A stretch of 27,814 nucleotides of DNA from Candidatus Bathyarchaeia archaeon (GTDB taxonomy: Archaea; Thermoproteota; Bathyarchaeia; Bathyarchaeales; Bathycorpusculaceae). Positions within the stretch are counted from its first letter, which is position 1; each line of letters starts with the position of its first letter. Positions 1 to 9,419 of the stretch are shown here, piece after piece. A program made the translations under genes and the position numbers. The notes under the pieces were generated by a model, which was given only the letters and a program-made list of their open reading frames with translations, was not told the DNA's origin and searched no databases. The stretch is taken from positions 1 through 27,814 of the forward strand of contig JBEKWR010000026.1 in the NCBI GenBank assembly GCA_049512935.1, read 5' to 3'.

Positions 1-1611
1 GACGTGTGCTCCGAAGGTTCCCTGCGTGAGAACTATGTAGTGATTAAGGTTGATCATGCCTGCAGTTGCTCCAAAGATTCCGCCGCTTCCGCCGATGGCC
101 CATGCTGAGTCACCTGAACTCCATTGTGGACTGACTGATATGTTCCAGTCGTAGGCAGGCGTTACGTCAGGTAGGGCTGATGCTGACGGTAGTTGTGCCC
201 ACGCGGTTCCAGTCCAACTCCATGCCTTTCCGCTTGCTGGTGCGGTGGTTGGCATTGCCGGTGTCAATGGAATGTTGGCGATTTCTGATCCGCTGTACCA
301 GTAGCTTGTTCCTGTGCCTAAGTATTGGCCGAAGACTTTAGTTGAGTTCCACTCTTGCAGGTAGTACACTGGAGGACCTATGTCAACGCCGTATGCATTT
401 TTTGGCGCTAGGTCAACGAGGCTTATGATTAGGTATTGTCCGCCTGGTCCCATGACTGCGTCGCCGCTTGGAATGTTGGTGACGTTCATGCTTGTTAGGA
501 CTCCTGTCATTGGGTCGTATCCTGCCCACGCTGGGGTTCCGCCGAAGCTTCCGAAGCCTGGAATGTAGAATCCGCCGATTGAGTATTGCGCGATCAGTAA
601 TCCGTCAGGTAGGATGCCTGCTTGGTTTGGCTGGTCCATTGTTGGTAGGTAGCCGAAGGATGGTACTAGGGTGATGCCTGCGAAGGGTCCGCTGGATGGT
701 GTTGGGTTGATGCTCCAGAGTTGTTGTCCTGTTTCCATGTTCCATGCGACGTAGTTTCCGCCTGTGCCTGCTTCACCGAAGGGCAGTTGGAAGAAGAGTA
801 TGCCGTTCATGATGATTGGGTCGCCGAATCTGATGTTGTATGAGCCTCCTTGGTAGTATCCTTCGCCTGGAATGTTAGTGTCGTTTCCGCCGACTATTCC
901 TCCGAACTGGATTGGCTGTGTCCACATCATGTGTGCCGTTGTTGGTGCTGCGCCGTCAGGTTGAATTGCGCCTGAGTGGCCGCCGAACGTCACGATGTAC
1001 GGTGCCTCCAGATAGTTGGATGCGACCGTGTACCAGTTCCAGTTAGTTCCGAATATTGGGTATGTCCAGTATGCGGTTGGAAGAGCAGGTGTTGGGACGC
1101 CGGTTGAAACTTGTGTTTGCCCTACTGTCACGTTTATCGGGCCGTAGCTTGCTGCGGTGAAAACGTCGCCTGTGTAAGCTGTGCTTGCGCCAGGTGTGCT
1201 TGCTGTCCAAACGTAGGTTTGCGCTGGGTAGTTAAATTCGAACGAGTAGGTGCCTGTTTCTGCGGCGGTTATCGTGTAGGCTTGGAAGCCTGTGGGGTCG
1301 GCGATGTATGCGAATGTCTGTGTTGTGACTTTTCCGTCTGGGGCTGTGATGGTGAGCTGGTAGTTTTCTCGTCTGATCGTGTTGGCGGAGCCTGGGACTT
1401 CAGTTGCGCCTGGCACAGCGTGGTCAACCCACATGTAAATGTTGATGGCTTGGCCGACGCCGACAGGGTTAGGCGTTGCGCTCATGAAAGCGTAGGATGT
1501 GATGGTCCATGGTGGTGAATGTGCGCTTGCTGTAAATAGTGTTCCACTCATCGATACTGTCAAGATTATAGCAATCAAAATAGCTAGGGTTTTCCCTTTA
1601 GATTTTTGCGT
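1..1611 (-). CDS. PQQ-like beta-propeller surface glycoprotein, paralog 1 (5' part; 3' end runs off the window)
   Basis: Not in the ORF track. Hand translation gives (M)QKSKGKTLAILIAIILTVSMSGTLFTASAHSPPWTI...RRENYQLTITAPDGK...GGNYVAWNMETGQQLWSIN...TQGTFGAHV, clearly homologous to the other two copies. ACG at 1611-1609 follows SD AAGGAG (1626-1621); an in-frame TAG lies upstream. Confidence 0.88.
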
Positions 1612-1620
1612 ATGTCTATT

Positions 1621-1692
1621 CTCCTTAGTTTTTTGAACAAAAGCACTTAGCTATTGTTCAAGATTTCATTATCGTCTCTTACTGCTTATAAA
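1621..1692 (-). promoter_or_regulatory. TATA box (TTTATAA), leader hairpin (1634-1660) and SD of paralog 1
   Basis: On the minus strand: TTTATAAG at 1692-1685, then ~25 nt later TGAACAATAGC-taagt-GCTTTTGTTCA, then AAGGAG. Confidence 0.7.
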
Positions 1693-2134
1693 TCTATTTA
1701 CAAATCAAGGCATATGATATAGAAGAACTAGCGCAATTGTCAGCATAAGCAAGCGTGCAGCTTATCCTTTTTTTTCTTTTGGAACCGTTTTGAAAAAAGA
1801 TTTTTTTCTGTTATTTTGGCAGATTTGGACCTGTATTCTGACTTGTTTTCGGTGAAGGTTGGACCTTCGGAGCTTAAATTGTTAAAGTGACTTAAATCTA
1901 AGTGGCGCTATTAAACAAGCCTTTTTTAGGCATGGCTGATGAAGAGCTAAGGTTCTTGTAGGAAAACCGCCAGGTAGACCTGAGCAACTTTCAGGTGTGC
2001 ACCCATGAAGGTCTTGAGAAACGTTTAGTAACAGCAAGGGTTTGCGCAGGTTTTGCAAAAGGGTTTTTTTGATAAGATATTGTTGTCCAAAATTGTTACC
2101 GGTGGACAATAACTTGATTTGTTTTCTATGCGAA

Positions 2135-2184
2135 AATCTTAAAAAATAAAAAAGAAAGGAAGATTTGTTTTGTGTTGCCTTTTT
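2135..2184 (-). terminator. T-rich archaeal terminator of paralog 2
   Basis: TCTTCCTTTCTTTTTTATTTTTT on the minus strand just after the stop; near-identical to the 3' region of paralog 3. Confidence 0.6.
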
Positions 2185-4845
2185 TTATGGTCGTTTTCTG
2201 AGGATTAGTACCGTTGCTACTGCTAGTGCGATGATCATCACTATGATTGCTGCTGCGATGTACATTGTCAGTTCTGATGTGTTGACGAGGTTTCCGAGTG
2301 GCGTGGCTGTGGGTGCTTGTGTTGGTGCTGCTGCTTGTGCTACGAACGAAGTTGAATCTGACGAGCCCCAGTACGCTGCTGAGCCTGCAAATGATGCGAC
2401 GACGGTGTAATTGCCTGGTATGTCTGGTGCCCACGAGAGCGTGTACATGCCCATGCTGTTGGTTGTTGCGACGCCTATGACGCGGTTGTTTCCGTTAGAG
2501 TCTGTTACGCTGACGGTGACTGGTACGCCTGTGAAGGTGGTTGGTTCTGGCTGCTGCATGTAAACATACTCCATCCACGGGGTCATGCACGATACTGCTG
2601 CGCATGGAACGCCGTGTGGGAAGTCTGCTGCTTGTTCAGCTTGCTTTGTGCCTGCGGATATGTCCATGACTGTGCCGCGTATCACTATGGGTGCGCCCAC
2701 GGTGGTAGTTGTGTCTGGCGCCGTAACGGTTGTTGCGCTTGGTCCTTGACCATAAGCGTCGATTTGCTGGTCGTAGGTGTTGTCGACGACTGCGATGCCG
2801 CTTGCGATGGCGATGTTGCCTCCGTACATCAGGTTGCCGTAGTCTGGTGATGACCAGATGAGCAAGCCTGTGGTTGCGTTGATGGCGCGTAGCGCGTACT
2901 CTGGATAGAGCGGGCTGTTAGGTGAGTGTTCACTGCTGATGGTGTAAACTACTCCGCCCATTATGGTTGCGATGATCTGTGGTGTGTAACCGTAAGGCAG
3001 GAAGTTCGCTTGGGTGCTGTTGTCAGGTGCGCTGCCGCATCCGAAAGTCCACAGCAAGTTTCCTGTCTTTGTGTCAAAGCAGTATAGCATGCCGTCGTAG
3101 CTAGCCCAGTACATATGGCCGTATGCAACGTTTTCCTGTGAGCTGCCGTCACCCATGTAGTTCCAGCCGCTGTAAGATGTCTGCGGAACGGTTACTGGAC
3201 CCCAGACCTGTGAGCCTGTGCTTAAGCTAAAGCCTAGGTGATCCATTGCTTCTTGGTCCCACATGATGACTATGCCTGTGCTTGGATCCCATGAGCTGAT
3301 GATTCGGCTGTTGTTGCCTGATGCCTGCGGATAAGTCTGCCACCAGTTAATGGTTCCAGCTGGAACTCCGTTAGCGTTGGGTGTAAGGTTGATTTCGGTC
3401 ATGTTTGCGTTGTATGTCTGCGGTGACACTGCCATGGAGTTAGCGTGGCCTCCGAAGGTTCCCTGCACCAACAAGACATATTTGTCTAGTTGTAGGATTG
3501 GTGCGCTTCCGCCTCCAGCGATTGCCCATCCACTGTCGCCTGAACTCCATTGTGGACTAACTGATACGTTCCAGTCGTATGCTGTTGGTAGGCTTGCGTT
3601 TTCTGTGCCTGTGTACCATCCGCTGGTTCCTGTGCCTGAGTAGACGCCGAAGACTTTACTGCTGTTCCATTCCTGCAGGTAGTACTTGGGTGCACTTGAG
3701 GTTCCGTAGTTGGTGAGGATGATCTTCAGGTATTCGCCCATCGGCCCGGCTAAGTTGTCTCCGCCTGGAACGTTAGTGACGTTCATGGGCGTTAAGACGC
3801 CGTCCATTGGGTCGTAGAACCGCCAGACTGTGCCTTGGTTCGTAACTGATGTTGTCGCGACCAGTGCGCCGTCAGGTAGGATTCCGTGCTGGTTTGGCTG
3901 ATCCATTGAGGGCAAGTATCCGAATGATGGCACTAGTGAGACGCCTGTTGCTGATGCGTTTATGCTCCAGAGTTGTTGTCCTGTTTCCATGTTCCATGCG
4001 ACGTAGTTTCCGCCTGTGCCTGATTCACCGAAGGGCAACTGGAAGTAGAGTACGCCGTTCATGACGATTTGGTTGCTGAATCTGATGTTGTATGAGCCGC
4101 CTTGGTAGTATCCTTCGCCTGCGATGTAGGTTTCGTTGCCGCCTACTATGCCTCCCCACTGGAAGGGCTCAGTCCACAACATGTGCGATGTCATTGGCAC
4201 TGCGCCGTCAGGGTACGCGGGGATGTTGCCCGTGTGGCCGCCGAAGGCTGGAGTGTAGGGTCCCGAGAGCCAGTTAGAAGCGACCGTGTACCAGTTCCAG
4301 TTCAATCCGTTGATTGGATAGGTCCAGTACGCGCTTGGCAGTGATGGCTGTGGCTGTCCTGCTACTGCTGTCTGCTGTACGGTTACGTTGACTGGTGCTG
4401 CTGTTGATGCTTCAAATATGTCGTTCTGGTAAGCGCCGCTCCAAGTGTAGATTTGCTGTGGATAGTAGAAGACGAAATTGTAGGTGCCAGTTTCAGTTGG
4501 GGTGAAGAAGTATGATTGGATGCCTGTTGGGTCCCAAACATCAGCCCAAGTTTGTGTTGTGACTTTTCCGTCTGGGGCTGTGATGGTGAGCTGGTAGTTT
4601 TCGCGTCGAACGCTGTTTGCCGCTCCTGGAACTTCAGTTGCGCTGACCACCGGGTGGTCTACCCACATGTAAATTTGCATGGGTTGGCCGACACCAACTG
4701 GGTTAGGTGCGCAGGTTAAGTATGCGTAGTCGATGATGTTCCACACCGGGGAGTGCGCCTCCACGGTGAAGAGTGTTGCGCTCATTGATATTGCTAGAAT
4801 TAAAGCGATCATAATGGCTAGTATTTTTCCTTTAGATTTTTGCGT
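2185..4845 (-). CDS. PQQ-like beta-propeller surface glycoprotein, paralog 2 (~886 aa from the proposed ACG start)
   Basis: Signal peptide, PQQ-type blade motifs (LYCFDTKTGNLLWTF, LRAINATTGLLIWS), Ig-like C-terminal region, Pro/Thr linker, C-terminal TM plus RKRP, many N-x-S/T sequons. The ORF track starts it at GTG 4908. Confidence 0.9.
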   Translation of the reverse strand, partial: TQKSKGKILAIMIALILAISMSATLFTVEAHSPVWNIIDYAYLTCAPNPVGVGQPMQIYMWVDHPVVSATEVPGAANSVRRENYQLTITAPDGKVTTQTWADVWDPTGIQSYFFTPTETGTYNFVFYYPQQIYTWSGAYQNDIFEASTAAPVNVTVQQTAVAGQPQPSLPSAYWTYPINGLNWNWYTVASNWLSGPYTPAFGGHTGNIPAYPDGAVPMTSHMLWTEPFQWGGIVGGNETYIAGEGYYQGGSYNIRFSNQIVMNGVLYFQLPFGESGTGGNYVAWNMETGQQLWSINASATGVSLVPSFGYLPSMDQPNQHGILPDGALVATTSVTNQGTVWRFYDPMDGVLTPMNVTNVPGGDNLAGPMGEYLKIILTNYGTSSAPKYYLQEWNSSKVFGVYSGTGTSGWYTGTENASLPTAYDWNVSVSPQWSSGDSGWAIAGGGSAPILQLDKYVLLVQGTFGGHANSMAVSPQTYNANMTEINLTPNANGVPAGTINWWQTYPQASGNNSRIISSWDPSTGIVIMWDQEAMDHLGFSLSTGSQVWGPVTVPQTSYSGWNYMGDGSSQENVAYGHMYWASYDGMLYCFDTKTGNLLWTFGCGSAPDNSTQANFLPYGYTPQIIATIMGGVVYTISSEHSPNSPLYPEYALRAINATTGLLIWSSPDYGNLMYGGNIAIASGIAVVDNTYDQQIDAYGQGPSATTVTAPDTTTTVGAPIVIRGTVMDISAGTKQAEQAADFPHGVPCAAVSCMTPWMEYVYMQQPEPTTFTGVPVTVSVTDSNGNNRVIGVATTNSMGMYTLSWAPDIPGNYTVVASFAGSAAYWGSSDSTSFVAQAAAPTQAPTATPLGNLVNTSELTMYIAAAIIVMIIALAVATVLILRKRP

Positions 4846-4855
4846 ATTTTTTCTT

Positions 4856-4933
4856 CTCCTTTTAAGTTTTTTTTTGAACAAAAAGCGTGTTAGCTCTTGT
4901 TCAGCCACTCACTACGGCTGTTTTGTTTATAAG
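4856..4933 (-). promoter_or_regulatory. TATA box, leader hairpin (4875-4903) and SD of paralog 2
   Basis: CTTATAAA at 4933-4926; TGAACAAGAGC-taacac-GCTTTTTGTTCA; AAGGAG at 4861-4856. Confidence 0.7.
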
Positions 4934-5139
4934 ACTATCTCTAGTTTAAGGCAATTATATGGAAAGAACTAGTACAATCATTGAAGCATTTTGCAATTGT
5001 CGAAACAAGGTCGTCAAGAAAAAGCGTTTTGTCCAAAAAGGCAGCGGGGGAAGCGAGAATGAAATTTCCGTGTTGCATTTCGAAATGTTTATGCTTAAGC
5101 TGCATCCATTCTGAACCAAGCGTGGGGAAACGTGGATCC

Positions 5140-6078
5140 ATGGACTCTGATGTCTGCAGCGCCTGCCTAAGCAGAGAAGCCTTCTTTCACAGGCAGTACT
5201 CAGGGGAAACTCTGTGCAGACGATGCTTTGCTCGCTCCGTTGAGGACAAGGTGAGATCGTGCATCACACGTTACCGCATGCTCAGCTTTAACGATCATTT
5301 AGCCGTCGCAGTTTCAGGCGGCAAAGATAGCCTAAGCCTACTGCGCGTCTTAACCAAGCTGAAACGGTTCCGCTCCCAGACCACGCTGACCGCCGTAACC
5401 GTTGACGAGGGCATAGCTGGCTACCGAGATGAAGCCCTTTGGGTCGCGGCGGAAAACTGTCGGAAACTCGAAGTTCCCCATCATGTGGTTTCTTTCAAGG
5501 ACCTTTACGGGTTCACGCTTGACGAGATCATGCAGAGGCTTCGGGGCAAAGGACGAACGGAGTTGACGGCATGCGCTTACTGCGGCGTGCTGCGGCGCAA
5601 AGCCATAAACATCGGAGCCAGGCAGGTCGGCGCAAACAAGGTTGCGACAGCGCACACTCTTGACGATGAGGCGCAAACGGTGCTGATGAACATTTTCCGC
5701 GGCGACGTGGCGAGGCTGGCGAAGCAGAAGCCCGTGACAAACGCGGTGCATCCGCTGCTGGTTCAGAAGATTAAGCCTTTCTGCGAGATCCCCGAGAGGG
5801 AAAGCGCGCTTTACGCTTACGTGAAGAAAATCAAGTTCCAAGATACTCCGTGCCCGTACGCTTCTGAAGCCCTACGCAACGACGTCCGCTGGATGCTTAA
5901 CCGCGTGGAGGCAAAGCATGCTGGAACTAAATTCACCGTTCTCAAAGCCATGGAGCGCTTGAGACCCGCGCTTGAGAAAACTGTGGCTGAGGAAGAGTTT
6001 AGGACTTGTGTTGACTGTGGGGAGCCGTCTGCGGGGGATTTGTGCAAAGCGTGCGAGATGCTGCGGCAGGTACGCTGA
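5140..6078 (+). CDS. TtuA/Ncs6 (TIGR00269-type) tRNA 2-thiolation protein
   Basis: N-terminal CxxC/CxxC zinc finger, PP-loop SGGKDS, CAYCGVLRR, TAHTLDDEAQT, CPY, C-terminal CxxC...CKAC. Likely start is ATG 5140 (MDSDVCSAC). Confidence 0.92.
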   Translation: MDSDVCSACLSREAFFHRQYSGETLCRRCFARSVEDKVRSCITRYRMLSFNDHLAVAVSGGKDSLSLLRVLTKLKRFRSQTTLTAVTVDEGIAGYRDEALWVAAENCRKLEVPHHVVSFKDLYGFTLDEIMQRLRGKGRTELTACAYCGVLRRKAINIGARQVGANKVATAHTLDDEAQTVLMNIFRGDVARLAKQKPVTNAVHPLLVQKIKPFCEIPERESALYAYVKKIKFQDTPCPYASEALRNDVRWMLNRVEAKHAGTKFTVLKAMERLRPALEKTVAEEEFRTCVDCGEPSAGDLCKACEMLRQVR

Positions 6079-6082
6079 GCTT

Positions 6083-6289
6083 TTACTGTGTGAAGCCTTG
6101 TTCGCTTTTCAGTTTTCGAAGGAGTTTCGAAGCTTCGAACGGGTTGCTTGCCGACGCCACCTTTTGCGCGCGTGACAGGTCCACGTGTGCGCCGCAGTAG
6201 GGGCAGATTTTGGTTTTCTGCGCCTTCGTGGTCAACATTAAACCCTGGCACTGCGTGCATTTGACGATTTGTGTTGGCTTCATTTGCAT
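6083..6289 (-). CDS. Small zinc-ribbon protein (DUF1922-like)
   Basis: MQMKPTQIVKCTQCQG...KTKICPYCG...; two CxxC pairs. The upstream extension in the ORF track is antisense to the next gene. Confidence 0.8.
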   Translation of the reverse strand: MQMKPTQIVKCTQCQGLMLTTKAQKTKICPYCGAHVDLSRAQKVASASNPFEASKLLRKLKSEQGFTQ

Positions 6290-6355
6290 GTTGCTTCCGA
6301 AAGGCTTTTCCCCGTTGTGGTTGATAAGGGTATGCAGGGAAGATTGGCGAGAGTC

Positions 6356-6718
6356 ATGAGCGTTGAACGCGAAGGGCCGAAGTCCAGAACCCACCTGACT
6401 GAACTGGCGGTTAAGTACTTCAAGAAGGAAGGCTACAAAGTTAACAAAGAAAACGCTACGCTGGACGGATACAGCGGTGCAACCCGCCATTTCGACCTGA
6501 TAGTGCAGAAAGGCCGCCAAGAGCAGGGCGTCTGGGTACGCGATTGGAACCGAACGGTCGGCGTGAACTTGATCATCGGGTTGGACACGGCGTCGGAAGA
6601 CGTTGGCTTGGGCAGCCCCATCATGATTGCGGACAAGTTCAGCGACCACGCGAAATCGTACAGCAACCGAAGAAAAATCACGTTGCTGACCAAGCAGAAA
6701 ATGGGCAGCTTCATGTAG
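6356..6718 (+). CDS. Mrr-type restriction-endonuclease-fold protein, degenerate active site
   Basis: YFKKEGYKV...GYSGATRHFDLIV...IMIADKFSDHAKSY...ITLL matches the Mrr_cat pattern; the ExK position reads WVR. Confidence 0.7.
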   Translation: MSVEREGPKSRTHLTELAVKYFKKEGYKVNKENATLDGYSGATRHFDLIVQKGRQEQGVWVRDWNRTVGVNLIIGLDTASEDVGLGSPIMIADKFSDHAKSYSNRRKITLLTKQKMGSFM

Positions 6719-7010
6719 ACGCCGATGCGGGCAGATTTTTTTCTTTTGCGGATTGTTTTTTGGAACCCATATTTGTGTTGGGTTTTTGATGTAAATACTA
6801 GGTACCCCTGTGGGGTAGTCTGTTTTTGGAAGCGCTTGAATCAGGTTGGTTTTTTGGTTCAGAGCTCAAATCTGGCTTAGGGAAATTTGTCTCCCGGGGC
6901 GGCAAGCAAAAAATTAGCCTGCAAAACAGGTATCACTCGGTTTATACCTGAAATCCAGCTCCTTTCAAACGACAACCCGCTCCAGTTGCCCTAAAGCGTA
7001 GCCACTAAAC

Positions 7011-7032
7011 TTGAGGTACTGGTCGGTTAAGC
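7011..7032. repeat. 22-bp direct repeat copy 1 (TTGAGGTACTGGTCGGTTAAGC)
   Basis: Identical to 7447-7468, the 3' end of the AK6 gene. Confidence 0.9.
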
Positions 7033-7190
7033 GTTTTTGACTTTCACACACGCCTTTATCCCTTTTTTGGTCTTTAATAGGTCAGAGCGAAATTGATGTT
7101 TTTCAACGGGCAATCGGCTGAAGGCTTCCTGCCAATTCTATGTGAAAAAATATAAGTTGATTAGACAAGTCATTATTTAGGGCGAAGTAA

Positions 7191-7403
7191 GTGGGTACCC
7201 AAGTTACGCTTGAAATGATTTATGATGAAGTCAAACAGGTGAATGAGCGGTTGAGCCTTATCGAGGATGCACTTGAGGAAGTTTTTGTGAAGGGTCTTCC
7301 TAAGGTAACAGTAAGCGAAGAGGAAAAAGACGAAATCAAACGTTCGATTGAAGAAATGAATAAAGGCAATTGCGTAACACTTGAGGAACTCAAAAGTTCC
7401 TAA
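7191..7403 (+). CDS. Small acidic antitoxin-like protein (archaeal RelB-like), no toxin adjacent
   Basis: C-terminus EEEKDEIKRSIEEMNKGNCVTLEELK resembles archaeal antitoxins that usually precede RelE; TATA-like AAAAAATATAAG near 7145. Confidence 0.65.
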   Translation: MGTQVTLEMIYDEVKQVNERLSLIEDALEEVFVKGLPKVTVSEEEKDEIKRSIEEMNKGNCVTLEELKSS

Positions 7404-7439
7404 AGAAAGAATATACAATATGAACTGACGATTTTTGTG

Positions 7440-8027
7440 TCAGACTTTGAGGTACTGGTCGGTTAAGCCTTCCCTCTCAAGCATGCCCAGCCAATCCACG
7501 ACGCCGACGAAGCAGGTTTTGCGTTTCTCCAAAACATCCAAAATGTCCCCGACGACCTGCTCGACTGACTTGCCCGTGACATCCATCTCGCAGACTCTGC
7601 CCGCATGCACCTCCACCGCCTCGCCCAAGACGACGTCGATGATTTCTGCCTGCAGGTTCTCCCAGAGCTTGCTTCCCGTGTAGCCGCATCGCTCCATGAA
7701 CTGCTTGAGCTCTCTGGGGTCTCTCCGCAGAACAAAAACTTGCGCGACATGCTCGGTTGGCGTGACGGCGCTGGCGTAGTGCCCGTCGATGATGATGTTG
7801 GCGTTTTCTGAGGCGTTTATGGTTTCGCCGAGTTTCTGCTGCATGGCTTCCTCGTCGATTATGAGGGTGTTTCTCTCTTTGTCTTCGCCCGTGGTCAAGT
7901 TGTTTTCTTTTGCGTAGTCGGTCAGGTTGATGTATTGGCTGTTAGGCAGCTTTGCAGCTAACGCTTTCGCCGTCGTTGTTTTGCCCACGCAGGGAGTCCC
8001 CGTTATGAGTATGACTCGTTTGTTCAT
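7440..8027 (-). CDS. AK6/Fap7-family adenylate kinase
   Basis: ILITGTPCVGKTT P-loop, IIDGH Walker B, VFVLR...KLWENLQAEI. Confidence 0.92.
   Translation of the reverse strand: MNKRVILITGTPCVGKTTTAKALAAKLPNSQYINLTDYAKENNLTTGEDKERNTLIIDEEAMQQKLGETINASENANIIIDGHYASAVTPTEHVAQVFVLRRDPRELKQFMERCGYTGSKLWENLQAEIIDVVLGEAVEVHAGRVCEMDVTGKSVEQVVGDILDVLEKRKTCFVGVVDWLGMLEREGLTDQYLKV
7447..7468. repeat. 22-bp direct repeat copy 2 (last codons of AK6)
   Basis: Identical to 7011-7032. Confidence 0.9.
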
Positions 8028-8112
8028 GCCTGATGTGTTGTTTGAGGAAAGTTTTATCCGTTCCGCTTGGCTAAGCGTTTGATTGTATGATGGCGAAAAA
8101 GGACGGGTTCGG

Positions 8113-8985
8113 ATGAGGGGTTTAACGTATTATTTGGTTGATGTTTTTGCCCAAGAAAGGTATGCGGGTAACCAGCTTGCCGTGGTCACTGGGGCGTTTT
8201 TTCTGCCTGACGAGCGGATGCAGGCGATTGCGAATGAGATGCATTTCTCCGAAACAACATTCATTCCCTCCAGCGAAAAAAGGAACGGCGGGTTCGACGT
8301 GCGGATTTTCACGCCTTCGATTGAGGTGCCGTTTGCGGGTCACCCCACGTTGGGCACGGCGTACGTAATCAAGCATTTCGTGCAGGAAGACGACGGCGGC
8401 GATACAGTGGTGCTCAACTTGAAGGCGGGGCAGATACCCGTGCGGTTCGAAAGACACGGAGCTGAAGAGGTGCTGTGGATGAAGCAGCTTCCTCCTACTT
8501 TCGGGAGAGCCTTCGCGGTCGAGGAGTTAGCAAATGTTCTGCAGCTTAACACGGCGGATTTCGACGACGCCTTCCCGATTCAGCTCGTGTCCACGGGCTT
8601 GCCTTTCATCATCGTGCTCCTAAAAACGTTAGATGCAGTCAAACGCGCGAAGGTCAATTTGGATCAACTTCTGAAGCTGCAGGTTGAAGCAGGAGTCTTG
8701 GTTTTCTGCCGAGAAACCGTCGAGCGCGGCAATGACTTGCACGTGCGGGTTTTCGTTCCCCTGTTCGGCACCGTAGAGGATCCAGCAACGGGTTCCGGGA
8801 ACGGCTGCCTCGCGGGTTACCTGTCCCGTTACCGCTACTTCGGCGCCGACAAGATTGACGCCAAGGTTGAACAGGGCTACGAAATCAGGCGACCCTCGCT
8901 GCTTTTGCTTAAGGCAGAAAACGCTGGGAGCAAAATTGAAGTTGGCGGCAAAGTGTTCTTGGTTGCTGAAGGTAAACTCGTCTAG
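8113..8985 (+). CDS. PhzF-family isomerase/epimerase
   Basis: VDVF...GNQLAV, FSETTF, RIFTP..EVPFAGHPTLG, EDPATGS, EQGYEI.RPS. Confidence 0.93.
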   Translation: MRGLTYYLVDVFAQERYAGNQLAVVTGAFFLPDERMQAIANEMHFSETTFIPSSEKRNGGFDVRIFTPSIEVPFAGHPTLGTAYVIKHFVQEDDGGDTVVLNLKAGQIPVRFERHGAEEVLWMKQLPPTFGRAFAVEELANVLQLNTADFDDAFPIQLVSTGLPFIIVLLKTLDAVKRAKVNLDQLLKLQVEAGVLVFCRETVERGNDLHVRVFVPLFGTVEDPATGSGNGCLAGYLSRYRYFGADKIDAKVEQGYEIRRPSLLLLKAENAGSKIEVGGKVFLVAEGKLV

Positions 8986-9094
8986 ACTCATTCACTTTCA
9001 CCTTAGCCACGTTGATTGTTCTGTTAACGTGTAGTTCATCAAGTGCATAACCTATAACCACCCTGACAGTCGAATGCTGAATGGTGACGATTGA

Positions 9095-9343
9095 ATGGGA
9101 AATGAAAGCGGTTCTCATCTGGGTAATTCCAAGCTGCAGAAACACGTAGAACAGAAAACATCTCAGCCCGAAGACGCGCAGCGTATGTTCCTCATTGATT
9201 ATCGGGCGGACGATGTGCCCGTGTCTTCGAGAGGACCTGAAGTTGGCGCCTCCCGTGGCTGGGCAAATCCGCTGGAAGCTCAAAGGTATCAGGCTGAAGT
9301 CGAGCGAAAACGCGCCAGCTGCCATAATCAGCTGTGCCACTAA
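9095..9343 (+). CDS. Small hypothetical protein, possibly frameshifted near the C-terminus
   Basis: 82-aa ORF with TATA-like CTATAA near 9052; FLIDYR...LEAQRYQAEVERKRA looks like a natural protein. Confidence 0.5.
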   Translation: MGNESGSHLGNSKLQKHVEQKTSQPEDAQRMFLIDYRADDVPVSSRGPEVGASRGWANPLEAQRYQAEVERKRASCHNQLCH

Positions 9344-9419
9344 CCGATTTCCTGCAATATACGCTGAAGTACCTCTTTTTGCTGGGAAATTCTTATTGCC
9401 TGCGAATGCGCATTGATGG

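Noticed and set aside
1936-1966. Hammerhead ribozyme core (CTGATGA, stem, GAAA)
   Set aside because: Extra bases (TGTAG) separate stem II from GAAA, and no stems I/III were found.
1960-2000. Glycine-riboswitch-like words (GGAAA..CGCC..ACTTTCAGG)
   Set aside because: The GAAG core is missing and the element is antisense to both flanking genes.
4846-4908. N-terminal extension MAEQELTRFLFKKKLKRRRKN (and the equivalent at 21259-21384)
   Set aside because: It translates the leader hairpin, poly-A and SD; the register differs between paralogs and it is blocked by a stop in paralog 1.
380-4972. Many short + strand Cys/Val-rich ORFs
   Set aside because: Antisense shadows of the surface-protein genes; the same applies to minus-strand ORFs within 21243-23239.
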